DNA of 64,000 nucleotides from Escherichia phage AV101: sequence record OQ973471.1; one strand, 5' to 3'. Shown piece by piece: positions 57,379 to 64,000 of this stretch (position 1 is its first letter; each line of letters starts with the position of its first letter). The notes under the pieces were generated by a model. It saw only the letters and a program-made list of their open reading frames with translations, ran no database searches and was not told where the DNA came from. The position numbers and the translations under genes were made by a program.

Positions 57379-58323
57379 GTGGAAGACTATCGCAATTTTA
57401 TCACACAGATGTTACATCGGGGCTTGTCGCGCAAAAACCGCTTCAGAGTGACCATCCCTCTACCACCAGGGATCTTTGACTCCAATGCCACTCTGGCTAA
57501 TGACGGAAAGGCGTACAGAACCAATTCATCTTTTGGTGACTTGTTTAAGCAGTCAGCCCGTATTGTAAACGCTTTCTTTGGAGGGACAAACCAGACGTCC
57601 CGTTCCCTTCAGATGATGTGTATGGTTGCCTCATTGCCAGGGGTTGGTATCGACACCACTCCAATGACAAGCAACGGTAATCACATCAAGATGCCGAACA
57701 ACAAGTCCAACGTCGACCTCGACTTGTCATTCTTATTAGCCAATGACTATTATGAGAAGTCTGTGATGGACAAGTGGAAGAGTCTGATCTTTGATCCACA
57801 CACCACCAAAATGGGATATTACGAAGACTTCGTGACTGACATATGCATTGAACAGCTTGATACCGAAGATCAAGTGGTCCACCGCGTCTACATCGTCGAG
57901 GCTCACCCAATAAATTTCAGTTCTATTGAGCTGGATAAAGGTGCCACAGACCAGTTCAACCAGTACAACATTTCTTTCTCTTACAACAAAGTGCTTTCGG
58001 AGACAGAATATGAAACACGCAGCCTTTCCAGCGATTTTCTTCCTCTCGGCATTGCTGACGCTCTTACCAGTGGTGACTGGGAAACTGCGGCCTCAAAAGC
58101 CGGACAACTTTATCGCAAGGTGAAAGAAGGGAACTTCACAGGAGAGGCTCTCCTGGCTTACAAACAGCTTGACCAACTTGTAAACAACCTGGCTGGGATA
58201 AGCATACAGGACTTCGAGCGCATCTCGGTAGGTATCTCTCGTGACATCATGGGTAACGATAACCTGACGGCGGCGGAGAAGACAAGCCTGTTGGGGTTAT
58301 TGAAAGACGTGATGGGAAAATAA
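57379..58323 (+). CDS. Putative virion structural protein (tail-tube / baseplate tail-tube-initiator-like)
   Basis: GTG start; N-terminal ...KNRFRVTIPLP resembles the start of tail-tube-fold proteins; sits behind a late promoter. Low certainty. Confidence 0.35.
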   Translation: MEDYRNFITQMLHRGLSRKNRFRVTIPLPPGIFDSNATLANDGKAYRTNSSFGDLFKQSARIVNAFFGGTNQTSRSLQMMCMVASLPGVGIDTTPMTSNGNHIKMPNNKSNVDLDLSFLLANDYYEKSVMDKWKSLIFDPHTTKMGYYEDFVTDICIEQLDTEDQVVHRVYIVEAHPINFSSIELDKGATDQFNQYNISFSYNKVLSETEYETRSLSSDFLPLGIADALTSGDWETAASKAGQLYRKVKEGNFTGEALLAYKQLDQLVNNLAGISIQDFERISVGISRDIMGNDNLTAAEKTSLLGLLKDVMGK

Positions 58324-58349
58324 AAAGCCATCCGAAGATGGCTTGTTGA

Positions 58350-59360
58350 TCAGTTAGACTTGAGATACTGCTCGAATTCGTCAATGGAAGCCGTGTTTCT
58401 GGCATTCGGTTGAGCCTGAGCCTGAGACGGCGCGGCCTGTTGCTGTTTCAGGCTATCTTGAGCAGTTGGCTGATGCGTAGTCTGGGTGCTAGGAGCATGA
58501 GCCATCGTGGCTGCACCACCTTCAACCAGAGGCTGGTCATCAGGGATTGCCAGAACTTTGCGCAGGCGCTTTTCCAGGGAGTCGTAGTCTTTGAAGTTAG
58601 CCGGATTGAAGAATTCAAACAGGCTGTGCTCGCGAGACCAGACGTCTTCCATATACGCTTCGTCATCACTCAGCGGGGCAGGGTTCTCCCACACCACCTT
58701 ACTGAAGTTTGCCACCAGACCTTCCCAGTTCCCAAACTTCTTCTGCTCGCCAAAGAGCTTCAGGTTCAGGTTGGCACCTTCCCACAGATCGAACGGATCG
58801 AATTTAGGGTCGGTTGGGAACTTAGGATTCTGCGCCTGATCCAGGATTTTCTTGATGGCGTTACCAAATTCCAGCAGGAAGACCTTGCCGTTGTTTTCCG
58901 GTACGTTGACATCTTTGATCACCAGAATGTTAGCGTAGTATTTGGTGTCGGGTAGACGTTTCTTCAGGATGTCCTTCAGCTTTTCGTCGTTCGTTTCTTT
59001 CTGCTGCGCCCACAGCGGACGGTCATGGTCGCGCACCGGATCGTCGTTACCGAACGTCTGAGGTGAGTTCTCAATATACCAACCACCAGGTCCCTGGAAC
59101 TGATGCTTCATGATCATGGCACAAGGGGTAAGGATCTGATCTTTATCGATCGTTCCTTCTTCCTGTGCCTTGAGGTCTACCAGCGGGACTGGCAGGAAGC
59201 GGATGATGTTCTCAGAGATACCATCTTTGTTCCAAGTCCATTTCCAGATGCGAGGATCCTTCTGGAAACCGGACTTCTGGCCTTGCTGTGCAAGACGAGC
59301 CTGCATTGCTTCAGTTTGCTGGCCGCGAGACGCTTTCAGACGATCGAATAAATTACCCAT
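58350..59360 (-). CDS. Single-stranded DNA-binding protein (T4 gp32-like)
   Basis: IRFLP motif and overall pattern resemble the gp32 N-terminal/core region; acidic Gln/Ala-rich C-terminus; AGAGGA RBS. Confidence 0.7.
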   Translation of the reverse strand: MGNLFDRLKASRGQQTEAMQARLAQQGQKSGFQKDPRIWKWTWNKDGISENIIRFLPVPLVDLKAQEEGTIDKDQILTPCAMIMKHQFQGPGGWYIENSPQTFGNDDPVRDHDRPLWAQQKETNDEKLKDILKKRLPDTKYYANILVIKDVNVPENNGKVFLLEFGNAIKKILDQAQNPKFPTDPKFDPFDLWEGANLNLKLFGEQKKFGNWEGLVANFSKVVWENPAPLSDDEAYMEDVWSREHSLFEFFNPANFKDYDSLEKRLRKVLAIPDDQPLVEGGAATMAHAPSTQTTHQPTAQDSLKQQQAAPSQAQAQPNARNTASIDEFEQYLKSN

Positions 59361-59459
59361 TTCTTAATTTCCTCTGTTTCCGCCCCTCAGGGCTATTCTG
59401 TTACATGTATTTTCAGTTTGCTACAAAGCGGGGTAATTATACCCCGATCTTACATTGAA

Positions 59460-59699
59460 TTAACCTTTAAGCACTTGATTTGCTGGGTCAATTTCAATAA
59501 TGTCGAACACGTCCGAAAACGTCTTCTTGCCTTCGTCGTGCGTGTGATACTCAACGACATATGAGCGACCATCAGGGGTAACGTAACGAATACGATCCGT
59601 CTGGTCGGCATTCTCGTTCAGACTACCCACACGCCAGCGCATTGCGCCAGGAAGAAACTCGGCAGCTTTCATTGCGCTGTAAATTGATTCTTTGCTCAT
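59460..59699 (-). CDS. Hypothetical protein
   Basis: 79-aa ORF. Confidence 0.35.
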   Translation of the reverse strand: MSKESIYSAMKAAEFLPGAMRWRVGSLNENADQTDRIRYVTPDGRSYVVEYHTHDEGKKTFSDVFDIIEIDPANQVLKG

Positions 59700-59706
59700 A
59701 ATAGAC

Positions 59707-59952
59707 CTACACTAATTTCTTAGACTTTAGCGCGTCTTTGATCAGGCGCGCATCGGAGCACTCAGCTGTCAGTCGTGACAACAATGGTGCTGTAATCATC
59801 TTTTTGACTTTGGTCTCGTCTATGTCGTTCTCTTCACAGACAGCTGCCAGAGTCTCAAGGATACTATCCTTGGTTTGGGCGGCGCGTAGTAGGACGATTT
59901 CAGAAAATAATTCTGGTGTCATCACAAGCGCTGGCTGTTTTTCGTCAGACAT
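59707..59952 (-). CDS. Hypothetical protein
   Basis: 81-aa ORF. Confidence 0.35.
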   Translation of the reverse strand: MSDEKQPALVMTPELFSEIVLLRAAQTKDSILETLAAVCEENDIDETKVKKMITAPLLSRLTAECSDARLIKDALKSKKLV

Positions 59953-60190
59953 CGATTGTGTTCCCCTTACCCGAACCCTTCTTTATCGTACGCAAGACGT
60001 CCTTGAAGCCGTCTGGAGCTGATTGTGGTCCCTTCACCCCAGAGACAATCTTGGGAGCACCCACGATCATTTTAATCTCCCCTCCGCACTCAGTGCAGGG
60101 GTTGGATTCAGGCTCATGGCGATCTGCAATAGATTTACGCAGTGTCATCGCGTTACCACAGCCCTTGCATTGATAATCATACAGCGGCAT
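59945..60190 (-). CDS. FmdB-family zinc-ribbon protein
   Basis: MPLYDYQCKGCG...CTECGG: two CxxC pairs at typical FmdB spacing. Confidence 0.5.
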   Translation of the reverse strand: MPLYDYQCKGCGNAMTLRKSIADRHEPESNPCTECGGEIKMIVGAPKIVSGVKGPQSAPDGFKDVLRTIKKGSGKGNTIDV

Positions 60191-60491
60191 GGAACACCCC
60201 CACGGTTGTCAGCACGAAACGAACCATAATGATAACCAGCAACATCACTGTAGAAAACACTACACGCTTGATCATTTTATCGCGCATGTGGATGAACTGA
60301 TATGAGAGGATAGCCTCGGCCTGTTGATCGGCACGAACGTTCGTGTCACGATGTGGGGACAGTGTGTAGAAGTTGATCTGGTACACATACGCATGAACCA
60401 GAGTGAAGAACGACTTCACCCAGACCAAGACAACCACTAACAACAAAGCGAACGTCAGGAAGTTCGCCAACAACCAATAATCGACCATCAT
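60177..60491 (-). CDS. Small membrane protein
   Basis: Three hydrophobic helices; 104 aa. Confidence 0.4.
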   Translation of the reverse strand: MMVDYWLLANFLTFALLLVVVLVWVKSFFTLVHAYVYQINFYTLSPHRDTNVRADQQAEAILSYQFIHMRDKMIKRVVFSTVMLLVIIMVRFVLTTVGVFHAAV

Positions 60492-61078
60492 ATACCTCTG
60501 TTGAAGTCTGGATTATTCTCAATGAAGTAAGAGCCACAAGCCATTATCGCAAACGAATCCACGAGGTCATCGATTGGCTTGGGATCCTTAACTTCCAACA
60601 TATCCATTATACCGCGCATGCTAACATTGAACAGTGACTCGAAGTGAGCGATCATGGCATGTTTATCCGCGTTGCCCTTGTCGGTGAACATCTTCTTCAC
60701 GTGTGATGGCGTGACGATCTGGAAGTCGAAATTGTTACGGCGCAGGGCTTGCTTCAACAGTGAGGTATTCTCTGCGGTCTGGCATATGTTGTTGGAGTTC
60801 TTAGAGTTACCCATAGCATACCCTTCAAGAGTGATCGCATCCGGCTTCTCAGTCAACAGGACAGCCTCAGCCCATTTACAGATGTTATAGAAGCGTTCTT
60901 CTGGGGTCTCCCATTTCGGTTGCTTCATGATAAGGATGTTCTGACGAATCTGAGTGCAGTACTTCTCCACAGTATAATATGCGTAGAAGCGCAGATGATC
61001 AAAATCAAGAGGGTCTTTATCATCCCAGAAGCACAGGGATGGACAGCCATAGGAGTAGTCGATTCCGCAATATTTCAT
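60488..61078 (-). CDS. RuvC-like Holliday-junction resolvase (putative)
   Basis: CGIDYS (Asp 1), LEGY (Glu), DDLVDSFAIMA (Asp pair) in RuvC/YqgF order. Confidence 0.45.
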   Translation of the reverse strand: MKYCGIDYSYGCPSLCFWDDKDPLDFDHLRFYAYYTVEKYCTQIRQNILIMKQPKWETPEERFYNICKWAEAVLLTEKPDAITLEGYAMGNSKNSNNICQTAENTSLLKQALRRNNFDFQIVTPSHVKKMFTDKGNADKHAMIAHFESLFNVSMRGIMDMLEVKDPKPIDDLVDSFAIMACGSYFIENNPDFNRGI

Positions 61079-61129
61079 GTAAATAGCCCATAACGAAGTT
61101 TCATTGGTGTATGGGCTATTTACGCCGGG

Positions 61130-61639
61130 TTAACGGGTGATGATTTTGCTGTCAGGCAGGATCAGACCAGGGTGGTCCAGGTTCTTCTGCATCTGTTGGA
61201 TACTCTGCAGGATCACGGTAGTGTCGATGTGGCGTTTCACTTTGCGCGCTTCATCACCGTAGGAGATCTGCCCCTGAGGATCGATGTAGTGGGCTGTCAC
61301 AACCTGCAGATCATAACCACACTTGATCAGGTACTTAGCAATGTTGCTAACTTCGAGAGACAGGGACTCACCGTCCACACCGATGTTGGCTGAGTAGACG
61401 ATTACGCCATTTTCTACTGCTTTTGGTTCAAACAAAACCATACCAGCGATCGTCTGGATCAAAGGAACTCCCTCGGTATCGAAAGCCACCTGATCGAACG
61501 CACCGATGAACTCATCCGGCACTTTACCTTCGGCATCAGAAACTGTGTGTTTCATAAGGTCCAGGACGTGTTGTTGTACTTCCTCAATCGGAGCACGTTC
61601 AACGGGTTTTTCGTTTTGCATTACTTTTCTCCAGTTCAT
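61130..61639 (-). CDS. Hypothetical protein (possible exonuclease-like FDTEG motif)
   Basis: VAFDTEG resembles DEDD motif I, but later motifs are unclear; start uncertain. Confidence 0.3.
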   Translation of the reverse strand: MNWRKVMQNEKPVERAPIEEVQQHVLDLMKHTVSDAEGKVPDEFIGAFDQVAFDTEGVPLIQTIAGMVLFEPKAVENGVIVYSANIGVDGESLSLEVSNIAKYLIKCGYDLQVVTAHYIDPQGQISYGDEARKVKRHIDTTVILQSIQQMQKNLDHPGLILPDSKIITR

Positions 61640-62129
61640 AATCGCGCTCCACAACGTATTGGTAGACACGCATCTTAATATAGTCAGCACTGCCTGATGA
61701 AGACAGCACCATCCATCCACTACTAAGGGCATTCATCTTATATTGACCAACACCCTCTTGAAAATAACTTTTAATCTGTTCCAGCTTTCGCACACGATGA
61801 TAATACGAAATGAGTTCGCCGATGACAATACAATCTGGATAATGCTTTTCCAATGTATTGATGTTGCGGTGAACATATACGGGTAGAACTTCTTCATCGT
61901 CGATAGGGCTGTAGTATGGGTCTACGATGACCACTTGTAGACCATAACGCAGCAGGTCTTTGACACCCAGCCGACAGAACTTATAATCTTCGTGTTTCAT
62001 TGCCACATGGAGGATATTCTCTTTCTTGGCATAATCGGTCAGGAAGATAAAGAAGTCTGTGTTGGGATCGGGATATTGTATAGACAGTTCTTTGCCTATT
62101 TCACTAAAACAAAATCCGCGCATTTTCAT
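61599..62129 (-). CDS. Hypothetical protein
   Basis: 176-aa ORF. Confidence 0.4.
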   Translation of the reverse strand: MKMRGFCFSEIGKELSIQYPDPNTDFFIFLTDYAKKENILHVAMKHEDYKFCRLGVKDLLRYGLQVVIVDPYYSPIDDEEVLPVYVHRNINTLEKHYPDCIVIGELISYYHRVRKLEQIKSYFQEGVGQYKMNALSSGWMVLSSSGSADYIKMRVYQYVVERDYELEKSNAKRKTR

Positions 62130-62172
62130 TCCTCGTTATAATTACTCTTACAATATACCGTGGAGATACATT

Positions 62173-62979
62173 ATGAATTTACCATCATTGCCCAGAACAG
62201 AAAAGACATATAAAAGCGACTTTTGGCCTACTGTGATCAAATATCGCGCCTTTACTGCGGGGCAACAAACTTTATTACTTCAGGTGTCAGATCCGCAAAC
62301 GCCGATTGAAGAACGCGCAGCCATGATGGAGAGTCTCTTTAGCGAATGTGTAAATGCAGGCGCACCTTTCAGCAAACTGCCAATCGGCGTTGTTGAAGAA
62401 GTGTTCATCCGCATGCGCATGATATCCATCGGTGAATTGATGAAGATTCGTTATAAGTGCAATAATCAGATTGAAGAAACGATCGATCTGGGAGATGGTC
62501 AAGAAAAGCGTCAGATGGTTCCCTGTGAGCAGGAACTGACTCTACCTATCCCGTTGAACAATGTCAAATGCATTGCTCAGGACGGCTTCCGGGAAACGTT
62601 TGACCTGCCAGGTGGATATCACCTCAAGATGCGCCAACCTTCCTTCTCGGACGCTACGGCACTGTCTGATGCTGCAAGCGTTGAGATGATGCTGGCCACC
62701 TTTATCGACTGTCTGTACGATGATGACGGTCAGGTGTGGAAGGTTGAGAATCCTGAAGAAATCGGAATCACTCCGGAAGAGGCTACTGAGCGCCGCCGTG
62801 TGAAAGAAGCGTTTGGTGGGTGGGTGAAGGATAACATCGAATCAGATGTTATTGACAGCATTACGAAGAACTTCTTCCACAAAATACCGCGCATCCACTA
62901 CAAGAGTTCGATCAAGTGTCCGAAATGTGGTAAGGAGCACAAAATCGAATTCAATAGTATTAATGAAATTTTCATTTAA
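62173..62979 (+). CDS. Hypothetical protein with C-terminal zinc ribbon (possible baseplate-associated)
   Basis: ATG at 62173 with GGAGA RBS; C-terminal CPKCGKEH; upstream of the gp5-like gene. Confidence 0.4.
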   Translation: MNLPSLPRTEKTYKSDFWPTVIKYRAFTAGQQTLLLQVSDPQTPIEERAAMMESLFSECVNAGAPFSKLPIGVVEEVFIRMRMISIGELMKIRYKCNNQIEETIDLGDGQEKRQMVPCEQELTLPIPLNNVKCIAQDGFRETFDLPGGYHLKMRQPSFSDATALSDAASVEMMLATFIDCLYDDDGQVWKVENPEEIGITPEEATERRRVKEAFGGWVKDNIESDVIDSITKNFFHKIPRIHYKSSIKCPKCGKEHKIEFNSINEIFI

Positions 62980-63128
62980 TGTTTGAAACTGATTTATTAT
63001 CCTACTTCGTGATGTGTGATGAATTGAAGTTACACGGCTATAGCATATTTGAAATCAACGAGTCGATGCCATGGCATCTTGACTTGTTAACCGAAGCCCT
63101 CAAGGTCAGGTTGTCTAAGAAACAGTAA
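62979..63128 (+). CDS. Small hypothetical protein (49 aa)
   Basis: Hand-translated MFETDLLSYFVMCDELKLHGYSIFEINESMPWHLDLLTEALKVRLSKKQ; start overlaps the upstream stop (TAATG); strong terminator follows. Confidence 0.35.
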   Translation: MFETDLLSYFVMCDELKLHGYSIFEINESMPWHLDLLTEALKVRLSKKQ

Positions 63129-63150
63129 TCCCGCTTCGGCGGGATTTTTA
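63129..63150 (+). terminator. Rho-independent terminator
   Basis: TCCCGC-TTCG-GCGGGA followed by TTTTT. Confidence 0.7.
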
Positions 63151-63198
63151 TTGGCTTAACTGTAAAATCGGTTAACACGTACTCTCTTTACCTGAAAT

Positions 63199-63207
63199 TG
63201 CTATAAT
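63199..63207 (+). promoter_or_regulatory. Extended -10 promoter-like element (TGcTATAAT)
   Basis: TGCTATAAT 50 nt after the terminator, heading an ORF-free stretch of about 280 nt before the gp5-like gene. Confidence 0.35.
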
Positions 63208-63491
63208 GGGCTTGTTCCCGAGTCATTTGTTGGTGTTTGTCTGTTTTGAATCAGATTGCCAGTAAAATACCATTTTTCAAGGAGTGTTCTGGGGTGTACA
63301 GTTATTGCCTCGCCCTTATGCCTCCATGGCATTGGAATGGTGCTGCCCGCATAGGGCGGTTTGATGAGCGAAGCGAATAGGATCGAATAAAACAAATAAA
63401 ATGAACGGAAGCAGAGCTTCCTATAGTATATAAGGCAAAATCAGCTGCGCATAAATACCTTCAAATCCTTGTTTGACAACCGGAACTCAAT

Positions 63492-64000
63492 ATGTTAGAC
63501 AATATGAGATGGTTTTACGGCACCGTTGAAGATGTCAACGATCCAGACCAAAACGGGCGCGTCGCCGTCCGCATCTATGGCGTACACACCGACGATCCCG
63601 TCCTCCTGCCTACGGACAAACTCCCATGGGCGAAGGTACTGATGCCTGCTTCAAACGCCTCCTCTGCTGGTTTAGGTTGGTCTCCAACGGGTATCATTCC
63701 TGGCACTGAGGTTATGGGGTTCGCCCTTGACGAAGCATACCAGAATTTACGCATCACCTGGACTTGGACTGGTTCAAGTCCTACTGATGGTGCCGACACA
63801 AACCCACTGGCCCTCGGGCAGGTCGTTCAATCTGTGGAACGTCAGGCGTACAACGCCGTCACTGACGTTCCTGTGAAACAAGAAGACGAACCACAACCAG
63901 ATCCACAACCACCTGTTGGCGGGTATGATCCAGAGAAGTGGATGACAATCGCTCGTGGTGAATTGGGTATCAAGGAGTACGCCGGAAAGTTCAACAACAA
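63492..64000 (+). CDS. Baseplate hub/central spike protein (gp5-like), 5' part only; runs off the window
   Basis: Hand-translated MLDNMRWFYGTVEDVNDPDQNGRVAVRIYGVHTDDPVLLPTDKLPWAKVLMP... matches the gp5 N-terminal OB-domain pattern as I recall it; no stop before the window end. Confidence 0.65.
   Translation, partial: MLDNMRWFYGTVEDVNDPDQNGRVAVRIYGVHTDDPVLLPTDKLPWAKVLMPASNASSAGLGWSPTGIIPGTEVMGFALDEAYQNLRITWTWTGSSPTDGADTNPLALGQVVQSVERQAYNAVTDVPVKQEDEPQPDPQPPVGGYDPEKWMTIARGELGIKEYAGKFNN

Overview
This window reads as a segment of a large T4-like myovirus genome; the combination of T4-type replisome genes with a thymidylate-synthase-family enzyme and kinases suggests a ViI-like (Ackermannviridae-type) phage, though that placement is tentative. 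All calls below come from reading the sequence and the supplied ORF translations by eye; nothing was searched or computed. Content, left to right: a tRNA cluster (Met/Ile-CAT, Asn-GTT, Tyr-GTA, Ser-GCT) with unexplained structured spacers; a plus-strand early/middle block with family-B DNA polymerase, a GIY-YIG endonuclease, rIIA/rIIB, topoisomerase II large and medium subunits, dCMP deaminase, a DexA-like exonuclease and a metallophosphoesterase; a likely baseplate/tail block (37.4-42.4 kb); a minus-strand replication/recombination and nucleotide-metabolism block (ligase, helicase, UvsX, SSB, dNMP kinase, TS-family enzyme, P-loop kinases); and the 5' part of a gp5-like baseplate hub gene at the end. 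The two most interesting signals are (i) a dispersed gene set consistent with hydroxymethyl-dU-based thymidine hypermodification and (ii) three ADP-ribose-related genes (PARP-like transferase, macro domain, NADAR). A recurrent intergenic cassette (TTCAATAAA, about 14 nt, TATTAT/TATAAT, overlapping a G-rich hairpin) looks like the promoter-plus-stem-loop elements described in T4-type phages. No CRISPR array or rRNA was seen.
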